From Amphiscolops sp. MND2022 (lineage: Eukaryota): a stretch of 64,000 bases of DNA. The DNA lies in assembly GCA_964187785.1 (NCBI GenBank), contig OZ076410.1, forward strand, positions 55,304,001-55,368,000, in the 5' to 3' direction. Shown here in pieces: positions 22,451 through 34,905 of this stretch (positions within the stretch are counted from its first letter, which is position 1; every line of letters starts with the position of its first letter). Made by a program: the position numbers and the translations under genes. The notes under the pieces are model-generated. The model saw only the letters and a program-made list of their open reading frames with translations. It had not been told where the DNA came from and did no database searches.

Positions 22451-24929
22451 TCAGCGATAATGACCTCTTCGAGACTCTGCGGTCAGAACAAATTTACATA
22501 AATAAGTATGGATTTTGGACCGGTTGTACCCTCCGTGAAAGAAGTTAGAAGAATGTGGAGATAATTTACCTTGTTTTTGACTCCCTGCATCGTTTGAGGA
22601 GGTGCTATTCTTGTTAGGTATTCTAGAACCGGCTTGCAGTTGTTTCTGAGTTCTGAACCTTTTGCAGGAATGGAAGTGATATCCAACTTGCACGTGGAAA
22701 TTGCCTGCAAACAACAGGAGACTGTCAATCAGTCTGCGTGAGACCATGGGGCCTGAACTAAGTAAACCCCTAACTTTAGATAATTCAGGCATCAATGTTA
22801 CCCACACCTGATCCTGACAACCGTTCATGAAGGAGGCGAGGAATCTCAGCCGTTGGTGCATCAGTGTTGGAAGGGAGAGCGAATCGAATCGGAAAGGAGA
22901 CTGAAACCCTTTGCTGAAGATTGAAGACTTATCTAATAAGGGCACTAACTCGGATGTGCATCAGGAAAAGGCTGTCAGCATCCCTGCGGTCAGCTCAGAA
23001 GCAAGTCGCTAACGGAAGGGTTTTACAATGGCCAAAGAGTCTTCTTTCCAAAAACGGATCGACACGGAGCCGTAGACTCCTTTGTGCTCGAATTCGAGAG
23101 AGTACAGTCCAGTGAGGTTGATGTGGTGTGCTATATCCGAGAGCCTACAGAGGAAGATGTGATAGACGCTAGTCTTAAACAAAACAATAAAGATGAGAAT
23201 AAATACTAAAAAAACACTCCATGAAAGGAACTGGGCTAAGACGAACTGGTGTTAATGATACGGATATCTAGTTTCAATGTGTTGAGATTTAGAAGTATCT
23301 CATCGTTAGAGTAGACGCCCCAAAGACAACCGGAAGGCTCTCTTCCAGTTGAAGTATGAGAACAGCGATTGATGGTTTGTAATTCCACCCGCCTGCTAGA
23401 TTGAGTCTACAAGGTCTGCAACAAACTGATGTCTCCACAGCGAGGAACAATGTTGGCAATTAAAGTTATTTGGGTGCAGAAGCTGATCTCTTCAGTGTTA
23501 ACAAAAGAATCTGGGCCAGCCATGAAGTCCTTATACTAGGAGAATTTCTAAGTGAGGCTTTTCTCTCTCAAGCTCCATGGGTGACAAAATCTGACAATTT
23601 TCCCCTGACACCGTGTCGAATCTGGCCAGTCACTGTGTCTTTTTTCCTCAGATGGGCGTAACGCTAACGCTGATCATTTTTAAGGTGTGAATCTGCCTGG
23701 TAGTGCCGAACAGTCTCTCGTGTCCCTTTTGAGTAGATAGTAACGTTGGTTTTGCAGATCAGGCCGTAAATTTTATGCTTGTTGTGTTCCGGTTCCTATT
23801 GATCCAGTCACAAAATTTCTAGTCCTTTGGATTCCCTTGAAGTAAGCTTCCTTCATGGTTTTCCCAGATCTATTCATGACTGTGCGCTTTTTCCATGGAG
23901 TGCTTAAAACTTCAGGACTGGTGGGCACAGGAGGAAGCAAGTTAGCCAAGGGCTCGTAGTCGGCTAAGCAGAACCCAGGACTTCGGACAAAGTTTGTAGG
24001 TGGTACTTCTACCGCGATCCCAGCAGTGTTTCTAGCACCTGACACACTCTGAGTCATTGTGGCTCCAGCATCAGGTTTTTGTGAGGTTCAAAAACGGCGA
24101 AATCGTCATCAGGACGGAGGGCTCCACTTGTGTACCCTCAGTGCCGTCTCCATTCTGGGTAACATAATCTGCAGAGCACTCAGACTGCCCATTAAAACAA
24201 CGGACCTTGCGGCGGATGTCCTGCTGATCCCTTTTAAAATTGCGAACTAATTCGGATGGCTTCCCTGCAAGAGTTTTCATGGTGTGCATTGCGAGGTTTC
24301 GTTGGAGACAACCTTGAGGACGCTATGAATTTGCTGCTCGTTGAAGGCAATGGTGGGGTGTCCCATGCGTAGAGAAATGGGCGACGTTTCAGCGAAATAT
24401 TTCCGAAGTGGAGTGCGAGCTGAAGCGGAGAGATGGCTAGTAGGAATTGGTGCACGTTCCTTGGGAGCCTCAGTTGAGGTTTCCATGGTCCCATGCGGAG
24501 CGGATAACAGACTTCTAGGCCGAGTAACAGATACCGACTCCAGCTCTATCAAAGTAGGCTTGCTAATGGGCATTTCAGCCCCGATCTGTAGCTGTCCAGC
24601 ACGTCTTTCACCTCGATGGTATCTGTTTGAAAACAGTCTACTATTCGTTGACAAAAGGTAGACTCACTGACAATGTCCCACTGCCCATCACTGACAATCT
24701 CTGTCTGTAAAGACTCAGCAATAGTTCCGGATTCAGAAGCTCTATTGGTCTCTCCACCGAAATCATTGTGATCAATTGTTGTTGGTACAGGAAGGAGGAA
24801 AGTGTTTGTGGACTCCTCGGCTCGTTCGCCTAAACTTGTCACTGTGCGTTCGATGTATGCACTTAGGCTTTTTTCCGTGGAGGGACTTGAGACAATTCGT
24901 TATCTATAAATACGCCCTTGAACGGCCAT
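22451..24929 (-). pseudogene. Decayed long antisense accessory gene with BED-like Zn finger and probable intron
   Basis: Fragments join to ...KTMKEAYFKGIQRTRNFVTG..EHNKHKIY(G)LICKTNVTIYSKGTRETVRHYQADSH...NHQSLFSYFNW / VYHIFLCRLSDIAHHINLTGLYSLEFEHKGVYGSVSIRFW...LMPEL. The C-terminal part resembles 54962-55633. An AT-rich gap lies at ~23170-23330. Confidence 0.7.
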
Positions 24930-25209
24930 TTTCAAAAGAAAAAAAATTTCTGCGATCCTATTGGCTGCTCACGGTGGAGATAGATAGCGTGACCTTCAGC
25001 CAAATCTTCACCGACTTGATAATCTCAAGTGGTTCATGAGTGCGTATAAACACTCACCATGACACTCTAAAGCTACTTGCAACCTCAGAGTGTTGAAAGA
25101 GTAATTAGGTGTAAACAAAGGTCTTGTCGGTGTTTCCAAAAAAGACTCGTTTGCGGGCCGAAGGATGATCACAAGGAAAAATTCTTAATAAAAGTGTATA
25201 AGGGGGGAA

Positions 25210-26151
25210 ATGAATATGAAAGCCAGGGTAACTCAAACTCAACTAAGGAAATGCGGTAATCGTGAAAAACTCATTCTGACTTCCATTTCGCCAGCAATCA
25301 GCAGAAAACTTTCTCTTCAAAACTTTCTTTGCTCTGAATTGCTCCCTGAATCGATTGAATTGCTCCCTATGGACTTCGTGGGTGCTGTCCAGTCAGACGG
25401 CACCGTGATATACCTGTCGAGCGATGAAGAGGAAATCACGGAACGCATGAGTACAAGCTCCATCCTTGATATACTCTCATCCTCAGAGGACAAACTGGAG
25501 ACATTGAAATAATGGCACGTTGCGCAGACGGACAACTAGCAGAACCAATACCCATACAGAATGCCAGTGGAAAGAAAGACAGTTCGAGGGTAGCAACGCA
25601 AAGACAAAACCTCCTAGCAGGGCTGTCGTCAGGTCAAATATGCTTCGAACAAGGTCGTGGAAATAGTCCGATAAGGACAGACCATGATTTAGGAACCAAC
25701 CATCCAATCAACATGTGCAGAACTGTGATTTCTCTAGTAGACACACCCATATCTGCCGTCATCGAGGACAAGTGGCCGTAATATGACCCTCTGTCACCCC
25801 GTTACTCCAATGAGCCTACGGCTGACAGCGTGGAAAGTGTGTCAACACTTTTCAGTGGACTGGTTGCTAAGACTGCGCCGTCTGTGGCAAAGCAGTGGCG
25901 CAGATACATCAAGTGGCGGAGGAAGACCCCAGCAAAACCGTCACCATAAGCGAAACACCCATGAAGACAGAGGCAAGGAAGATAGCATTTCTGGACGGGA
26001 TATCCATGGGATTCTTTCTATTAATGCCTGGAAGAGTGACGCAGGCTCCCGTCCGCAACGGCAACGTTTTTTCTATGCATACGATTACTACAATTCTCCT
26101 CAAGGGACAATCCCTTTGATTGAGGAAGACACACTGGCTGTCCGCCAATAA
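25210..26151 (+). pseudogene. Decayed sense accessory ORF, divergent from the antisense gene and crossing the PPT into the LTR
   Basis: Fragments VIYLSSDEEE and IAFLDGISMGFFLLMPGR|VTQAPVRNGN. The part after the PPT aligns with the first ~120 nt of the LTR at 46825. Confidence 0.6.
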
Positions 26152-26860
26152 TCTACGACTTTATGTATTAAAACTGTAGCTTTCTAATAATAGCCATGTA
26201 AGTTCATTATTTTCCTTTGCAAATGTAATTAATTGTACAATTAGAAGCAGTATTGAAGACCAAGGCGTACAGGCAAAGGAAACATGTCCAAGTGTTTTCT
26301 TGCCTGTGACCTTGGACAAGACCTCCCTTTCATTCTCAACCAATCAGGTCCGCCATTTTGTGCTTTCGTTGATTGTGCGCAAGACAAGATGGCCAAGCGG
26401 TACTCATTAACGTCCTTCTAGGGCGGTAAGCCACTGTAGTTCTTCTTCGTTCAGGGTAGTGCTATTCACTTAGTGATTGAAGTGCTGTTATAAAATGAGC
26501 CAAGACAACTTTTGATCGATGCTTCTCAATGTTGTAATACTTCCCAAGCGTCCTCTACAGTTGTGGCTAGGGTTCTGGACTTCAATCCATTTTGCTAACG
26601 GGAATACTCTCTCTCTCTCTGGATTTTAGCCCCCTAAGGGAAGAAAAACATGGTTGCCATGTTCCGAAATTCTCTTAATTCACATGTAAATTATTAGTGG
26701 TTTGATACTGTTGCTACAATGTTGCTGTAATGGACGTGTTGGCCTTAGGGTCTATAATACTTGAGCATGTAAAATACTTTTGTTATTAAATGTTAAATAT
26801 TTAGAGTGCGTGTTGCAGTTATTTGAAAGTCTCAAAGTCACTGTAAACTGATTGGACCGG
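26037..26860 (+). mobile_element. Truncated 3' LTR homologous to the 46825 LTR; PPT GGAAGAG at 26030-26036
   Basis: TGACGCAGGCTCCC vs TGTCGCAGGCTCCC. Shared blocks CCAAGGCGTACAGG.AAGGAAAC, CCAATCAG, ACATGTAA, GGCCTT and AAGTCA.TGTAAAC occur in the same order. Confidence 0.75.
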
Positions 26861-27074
26861 TGAGGATTTGATGCTGAAAATTAAAAAAATGTATTTCGTC
26901 ACCAAGTATTCGTAGTGACACGTTGTATTACTTGTTACTACTTTCAGACTCTGTGTTTTGAAAATAGCCTCATGATTTTGCACATTTTGAGTCTTATCTT
27001 ATCATTTGTATAGTGATACAACATAGAAAACAGTATCACATTCAATCTACCTTTGTTATGAGTTACATTGAACA

Positions 27075-27935
27075 TGGCGCCGTCAGAATGATTTCGAACA
27101 GTTTGAAAAAAAAAACAACTAAACCGTTCAGGCGAGCGGAAGTTTGTCGAGCGATGATACAGGAAAGAAAACAAGAAGAACGAAATTTCACCAAAAAGTA
27201 CATTTTCGAAGAGGAACATTCAAAGGGCGAAGCTATAGTGGCGAAGGTTTATTTAATACGTCAAAATGACAAAAAATGACCTATATACGATGACAACAGA
27301 CACAAAAATCATACCCGATTTCAGAGACGAACTGCAAACAAAAACAAACGACATTTTCATCTGGGTGCTGTGGGAAGCCATTTAACTGCTATGACAAAGA
27401 CAGGAATGGAAAACGATCCAAACAAGATGAAAATAAACGAAATATAATCATTATTTCGACTCCATTTCATACCGGAAATAAATAAATTCCACAGTAGAGC
27501 CAAAGAAAAATCCAGAAAAGTTGATCCAGAATCCAGAAGTGAGTGAAGAATCCAGAAAAGTTTTCAAAAGTTCCCAAAAAAGTTCAGGAAATGACAAAAT
27601 GCAAAGAATCCTCACACCAATGCTGATACATCTGCAGCATAGATTATCATCAACATGAAGAATCCACAAAACAGTTTCCTCATTTCTTGAAAACTTCATT
27701 TTTGCACTGCTAATATTAGTGTGTGTGTTGGATTCTCACTCCATTGAACAGAAGAAAAACACCGAAGTACCCAAGAGAAAAATGCAAAGATAAACGGTGC
27801 GGACAATGCGGGGCACCAAACTGGACCAGACAGCATACTTGCCCCGCCAGAACGGCTGAATGCAGAAACTGTAACCGGAAGGGCAATTTCAAAGGTTGTG
27901 CTGACTCGCAAAGAGATTACAACATGTTGAATTCC
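27075..27935 (+). pseudogene. gag: Decayed Gypsy gag with possible PBS TGGCGCCGT after ...GAACA; interrupted at ~27480-27760
   Basis: Double knuckle CGQCGAPNWTRQHTC and CRNCNRKG. The upstream fragments are gag-like. Confidence 0.6.
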
Positions 27936-28940
27936 ACAGCAGTTGCCTTCCACGTAACATTAGCGAATCACCAATATTTAAACAATATTTCAAAGGTGCA
28001 GAGAAGCGGAGAAGCGGTGGCTGGGAGCGCTGCTGAAATGTTAAATTCTGAAGCAGCGTCCATGGGAGCTCATTCAACAAAATTTCAATCGTCGCTGTGC
28101 CAGGCATGATGCTCGCTTCTCACGATTGTGTTTTTTCACCCATGTCTTGCTGCTTTTGTTTGTCGGCGAATTTTGTTGTTTATTAGTAACTGTCATAACT
28201 ATTCTTTTTATGTCAGATGTTGCCTACATTTAAACTTTTTTTGACCACTCTGATCCAATTGTTGCTCGCAGCAATTCTGAAAACAACTCATTTATTTCAA
28301 ATGTTCACGGTGTTTCAATTGTTTTAGATTTCAAGCCACGCCCCTCAAGGTTGCTGGCTGCAATTTTGAGTCACTCATTGCTTGGATGGAAAAATGCTCC
28401 TCCATTGATTCCGGTTGTTTTAAATCCTGTTGTTACTGGACAAACAAAAAGTCTGATATATTTATAGACTTGATTCAATGTTTTTTCTTTCTGTTTTGTT
28501 TGATACACTTTTGTTTGGTTATCGTTTCTTCCGATTAAATAAATAAGCTTAATTAACAATCAATTCTTGCAGCTGAAAATTAAAATTCATCGGGGATTTT
28601 TGTATTGATTAGGAGAATTGAGTGACCATCATGATGTTTCAAGAACAAAATGTGCTTTCGTGCTCAGGGAATCCGCAACAAGATATACATGGGGCGGATT
28701 GAACACATGGGCCGAATTGAGTTTTATTCTCAATTTGATACACGTAGACATCTGTAGACAACTTTTAAACAAGTAGACATCATATATTTAGTTTTAAATA
28801 CTTGATTTGAACAAATGGGAAACAGTCAAAGTTAGCACTAAGTTACACACTTTGATTGTTTTTCACTTCGAAAGTGAATACCAGTCAAAATATGTACAAG
28901 GTTAAAGTGTAAAACAGTCAACTTCCGTCTACTTGTGTGA

Positions 28941-30530
28941 AGTCAAAAAACGTAATTGTAGAAAGTGTAAAGTAGTCATTTAATGTATTTTGATCACTAC
29001 GCGTAACGTCAAGTCACACAGTGTAGCGAGAAAAAACTCGTAACGCGTATGTGAAATAACAACGCGTTTTTATTGGCTGTTATTCGAACTAGCAAACTCC
29101 TGCTAGTTCGTTGTGACATATGTATCGTAATACAATACTGACTACAAAGACGTTAATAACAAGATTGAATTTTCTGGACAAACGAAAGCAAGGGTGAAAA
29201 CCAGGAACGTTACACTTCAACTACCAATACAATTTACGAAAGCAACCATAACATCGTTAATGGTACTAGATTGGATGAAGCGTCAGGGAATAGCAATAAA
29301 CGAATGGAATTATTGACAGTGGTACGGAGAAGAGAACGCTTTAGAGTAAAACTTTCTGGAAATTCGATCTAATTTTTTTCTGACCATTACGCACTAGAAA
29401 CACTATTCAAAAAAAAGATTTAAAAAAACAAACTTTGCAAGGTTGACAAGTTGGTTAGATAAATTGGCACACACACTTCAATACAAAAATTAAGCACATC
29501 GCCGATAAACGTCTCCATTTAACTGAATATCTCAGAAGAAATCTTATAGCTAATCCGGAACCATTTGAGAACTAAGACGACTGAGAACTACGACAGTTGA
29601 AAATATCGTAAGAGAAGATCCATCAGAGGAAACATATGTAATCGTCTGACCTCTACTCTTACAAAATGTAATGTACCAGCCAGTAATACAGTCTAGTATC
29701 AAATCAAATATATAGTAATACAACAGAGAAAACAGTTTTACGTTCATTCTACTATTGTTTATCCGATACAATGAACTGGTTTCAAAGTACAAGTACATAA
29801 TCAAAGTTATTGTGAATACATACGTCTCTTTTGAAACCAAAAATTGATAGTTCAGGCACACGCTTTTTGTACTTAGTCGGGTACTGTTTTCAATCTAGGC
29901 TAACACGCAAAGGATTAAGGTTATCTATTTCTGTTTATCATTCAGTCAGGGTTTTTCGTGTAGCTATGTACAAACATGTCTGACATATCTACCACACAGG
30001 AAAAAGCGTCTTTTTATGCCTTCGTTTTTTTGTATTGACAAGTTTAGACAGTTTTCTAACAGTTCCAGCGATTGTACTTCAACACGATACATATGCCGCA
30101 AAAGTGGAATTTATTATCAAGTGTAAAGTGTATTTTCCGCAAAACGAGAGCGAACCGTATTCTAGTCAAACAGTGAATCGTGTTCATCGCGGATTGTGAC
30201 GCACAATGTAATCAGAGATCGCGGAATGAGATCATTGAGCGTAATTAGAGAAAAGTGGATACCAGTAAAGAATTTTGGTACAGACCGTGATTAAAGATAA
30301 CTCCAAACGATGTTTCCATTCGTGTTTGAAGTGGAAACTAGTCAAAGTACGTAATTGTAGAGAGTGTAAAGTAATCATTTACTGAGTTTTGATCACAAAA
30401 CGTAACGCCAAATCACACAGTGTAACGAGCAATACTCGTAACGCGTATCTGAAATAAGAAAGCGTTTTTTAGGCTGTTAATCGATTTAGCAAGATCTTGC
30501 TTGTTGGTTGCGGAATAAGTATCGTAATGG
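28941..30530 (+). repeat. Diverged ~190-bp direct repeat pair (28941-29130 and 30340-30530)
   Basis: Shared AGTCAAA..ACGTAATTGTAGA.AGTGTAAAGTA...TCACACAGTGTA.CGAG...ACTCGTAACGCGTAT.TGAAATAA. Confidence 0.8.
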
Positions 30531-30679
30531 CGCCTAGCTGATCAAATCTCATTGGTTCAACGAGCCTCGATCGCTTGCTAAAATCAGAGACCTCAATAAG
30601 TTACCGTCTTTAGGGGATGATTTTTACAGGAAACTTATACCAAAAGATTTGTCTGATTTTTCTCAATCCCATGATAGTT

Positions 30680-33516
30680 TTCGTTTGTTGAAATCGACAG
30701 GAAAACAAAAACGGGAGCACTTTTTTATTCATAAGGCTAGAATTAAATGAAGCCTTACACTTGGTGAAACTCCCACCAGATATCCAATTTCCAAATATAT
30801 CCAAATAACTACAGATTTCATCTTCGTTTTCGAAATTCATGAGATCAATGTTACTTTTTCGAGAATTTGCATTTTACCAAATTGAATCATTTCGAATAGT
30901 TTAGGTGGTATGAGACTGCAAAATTAGCTTTTTTGTAGAGCCGACGTTCTGTACTAGAATTTATAACTTGTCCGAGGAATTTTATTCATGCGATAAAATA
31001 ACGTTCCTCTAGCAGACAAAACCTTGTCAAAGTCTGACACCCTAAGATAGACTATAAATTCAAGTGATTGCTTTTTTTTCCAGGCGACCCTACAATGGCT
31101 GAACTACTCAAGCAAGTACGCTAACTGAATTGTAGAAGCGCCACCACGCTTCCACGAATTTCTTGAAAGATACCCCATCAGAAAAAATGAGGGCACAGCC
31201 CCAAGTTACAGCATGCGAATTGAGTTGGACCTCAGTCTTGAAGTGCTTGGATACTTTAAAGAAAGGTGAGTCAGAAATGACCTAATTCATTACACAAAAT
31301 CAATGGAAGAGATGGAGTACTGATTAGGGCAGTGAAAGAGGGGTATGCCATGAAAAATATTTCATTCAGAAAACAGATGCTTGTGTCACCTGTAGTCGTT
31401 CCAATTGAAGAGGGGAACTTTTTGTCGACCAGCTAGATGGAATTAGTCTTACCACAATTTCTTACTTTCAGCTACGACCGGGAAAGCATGAAGAACCTTA
31501 CAAGAAAAAGAGAGTGACGATTCGAGAAGAAACAGAAGATACAGACGACGAAAACAATTGCAACATCCGAACTGAACTGCCTTCTAAAAAGAAACCGAAT
31601 TTAGCAAAAACGCTTACTGGAGGACGAGCCGAACCTTTTCGAAATAAACCTGAAGGTCGTGTAGAGCTTGTTTCCATCCCAGTCAAAAACGGGTAGCAGT
31701 TAAAGGGGACATCGTGAACGTGACGGGCACTGAGTTCTCGTTGAGGGTGAATGGATTTTCATTGAAGACTCGAGACTATTCATCCACGTTGAAAAAGAAG
31801 ATGACCCTTTCTTCAAATCAACAGTACCTCTTTCTTACATGAAGAAAGATCTGCCTCTGCCATTTGATAGTACCCAGATGTAGTACCTTTTGACAATAAT
31901 TATGCTAAAGTTTACTGGGCGTACTCTAATCTGAAGCACTTGCTGATGCATTTTTAAAGCGATCAACCTAGAAATAGGGAATTCAACAAAGACATTTCGC
32001 CAAGCTGCTCCGTTTTAATGTATGCGTTTTGTATTCCGGCAGAAGGGGGTTCAGTCACTTACAGTTTGACAGAAGAAGGACAATACTCAACAGCTGTTTT
32101 TGTTTGTTGAAATCGACAGGAAAACAAAAATGGGAGCACTTTTTTATTCATAAGACTAGAAATAAATGAAGCCTTACACTTGGTGAAACTCCCACCAGAT
32201 ATCCAATTTCCAAATATATCCAAATAACTACAGATTTCATCTTCGTTTTCGAAATTCATGAGATCACTGATACTTTTTCGAGAATTTGCATTTTACCAAA
32301 TTGAATCATTTCGAATAGTTTAGGTGGTATGAGACTGCAAAATTAGCTTTTTTGTAGAGCCGACGTTCTGTACTAGAATTTATGTCTTGTCCGAGGAATT
32401 TTATTCATGCGATAAAATAACGTTTCTCTGGCAGACAAAACCTGGTCAAAGTCTGACACCCAAAGATAGACTATAAATTCAAGTGATTGTTTTTTTTCCA
32501 GGCGACCCTACAATGGCTGACTACTCAAGCAAGTACGCTAACTGAATTGTAGAAGCGCCACCACGCTTCCACGAACTTCTTGAAAGATGGCCCATCAGAA
32601 AAAATGAGGGCACAGCCCCAAGTTACAGCATGTGAATTGAGTTGGACCTCAGTCTTGAAGTGCTTGGATACTTCAAAGAAAGGCGAGTCAGAAAAGACCT
32701 CATTCGTTACACATAACCAATGGAAAGAGATGGAGTACTGATTAGGGCAGTGAAAGAGGGGTATGCCATGAAAAATGTTTCATTCAGAAAACAGATGCTT
32801 GTGTCACCTGTAGTCGTCCCAATTGAAGAGGGGAAATTTTTGTCGACCAGCTAGATGGAATTAGTCTTACCACAATTTCTTACTTTCAGCTACGACCGGG
32901 AAAGCATGAAGAAGCTTACAAGAAAAAGAGAGTGACGATTCGAGAAGAAACAGAAGATACAGACGACGAAAACAATTGCAACATCCGAATTGAACTGCCT
33001 TCTAAAAAGAAACCGAATTTAGCAAAAACGCTTACTGGAGGACGAGCCGAACTTTTTCGAAATAAACCTGAAGGTCGTGTAGAGCTTGTTTCCATCCCAG
33101 TCAAAAACGGGTAGCAGTTAAAGGCGACATCGTAAACGTGACGGGCACTGAGTTCTCGTTGAGGGTGAATGGGATTTTCATTGAAGACTCGAGACTATTC
33201 ATCCACGTTGAGAAAGAAGATGACCCTTTCTTCAAATCAACGGTACCTCTTTCTTACATGAAGAAAGATCTGACTCTGCCATTTGATAGTACCCAGATGT
33301 AGTACCTTTTGACAATAATTATGCTAAAGTTTACTGGGCGTACTCTAATCTGAAGCACTTGCTGATGCATTTTTGAAGCGATCAACCTAGAATTAGGGAA
33401 TTCAACAAAGACATTTCGCCAAGCTGCTCCGTTTTGATGTATGCGTTTTGTATTCCGACAGAAGGGGGTTCAGTCACTTACAGTTTGACAGAAGAATGAC
33501 AATACTCAACAGCTGT
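30680..33516 (+). repeat. Tandem duplication, period ~1419 bp
   Basis: GTTTGTTGAAATCGACAGG at 30683 and 32102. Paired ORFs are offset by 1418-1419 bp, with scattered substitutions. Confidence 0.95.
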
Positions 33517-33650
33517 GTGGGACACTGTTTTGGGACACGAATGGGACAAAGTTGAGAATGCGACATTTTGTGTCGTTTCACTGAAGTTCAAAATCGACAA
33601 AACTTGCAGTCTCAATTTCAACAAAAACATCTATGTCCACGTCGTTCTAG
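30960..33650 (+). pseudogene. Decayed multi-exon gene of unknown function, partly duplicated
   Basis: Strong acceptors (TTTTTTTTCCAG, TCTTACTTTCAG) and a GTGAGT donor flank protein-like frames (ATLQWLNYSSKYAN*IVEAPPRFHEFLERYP; LRPGKHEEPYKKKRVTIREE) that contain stops. Confidence 0.45.
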
Positions 33651-33906
33651 TGTCAAATGTTACTTATTAGACAATGTCTAGTTACCGGAGCCTTGCAAAG
33701 GAAACAAATCTCTGAGAATCAAAACTTTTCAGTTTCAATTTGTTTTATCATGTTTTTTTATGTTGTGTTTTGTATGCTTCTTGACCTTTTTTGCTTTTAT
33801 GCAGTGATATGATTCGTGTACTGAGACTTGTTCGTCCTTCAATTCACTGCTGGTCACCAAGGGCTACTGCTGGTCTTTAAATTTATAGTATTAAGGTCAA
33901 CTTTAA

Positions 33907-34268
33907 CATGGTCATTCTGACCTACTCATGTTTTTGAATATGGTCACTCATACCTATTTCTGTTTTTGTGATAGTCACTCAGACCTACACATGTTTTTGA
34001 CATGGTCACTGAAACCTATTCTTGTTTTTGACATGGTCACTCAGACCTACTCATGTTTTTGACAAGGTCACTCGTACCTATTCCTGTTTTTGACATGGTC
34101 ACGCATACCTATTCCTGTTTTTGAAATGGTCACTCAGACCTATTCAAGTTGTTGACATGGTCACTCACGCCTATTAATTTCATCTTTGAAATGGTCACTC
34201 AGACCTTTTCATGTTTTTACCATGGTCAGTCAGACTTTTTTCATGTTTTTGACGTGGTCAGTCAGCCC
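33907..34268 (+). repeat. 31-bp minisatellite, ~12 units (CATGGTCACTCAGACCTACTCATGTTTTTGA)
   Basis: Periodicity is directly visible. Two subtypes largely alternate. Confidence 0.93.
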
Positions 34269-34905
34269 ATTTAGTTTCTTACTAAGATTATTTTAAGAAA
34301 ATCTTCATGGTCCCATAAGTTTCAGTCATCATGTCTTCAAATGACAATGCTCTCGCCCCTTCTACCTCAGTAGCATGCCCTTGCGATTCTACCCCCGCAG
34401 CATCCACACCTCGATATTCTCCGTCGAGCAAGCTTTTTCACTGCGGACAAGGAATTTGTAACTACTCGTCGAAAGTGAAAAACAACGTCACGCGCCACCA
34501 GAAGTCCACCTGTCTCCGTGAGTCAAGGGAGGAGTGGGAGCTCAGGCAGCGAACTTGCCAGCAAACTTGCCAGGCAGCGTACAAGCCTATTTAATTTCTT
34601 ACTAAGATTATTTTAAGAAAATCTTCATGGTCCCATAAGTTTCAGTCATCATGTCTTCAAATGACAATGCTCTCGCCCCTTCTACCTCAGTAGCATGCCC
34701 TTGCGATTCTACCCCCGCAGCATCCACACCTCGATTTTCTCCGTCGAGCAAGCTTTTTCAATGCGGACAAGGAATTTGTGACTACTCGTCGAAAGTGAAA
34801 AGCAACGTCACGCGCCACCAGAAGTCCACCTGTCTCTGTGAGTCAAGGGAGGAGTGGGAGCTCAGGCAGCGAACTTGCCAGCAAACTTGCCAGGCAGCGG
34901 ACAAG
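34264..34905 (+). repeat. 320-bp tandem duplication containing the Zn-finger start exon
   Basis: ORFs 34331 and 34651 are near-identical and offset by 320 bp. Confidence 0.95.

Noticed and set aside
27940-28560. Possible minus-strand BEL gag fragment
   Set aside because: No intact knuckle. Too decayed to support a call.
30960-31250. Helitron DUF6570-like reading of ATLQWLNYSSKYAN
   Set aside because: Similarity is too short, and no Rep or helicase motifs occur nearby.
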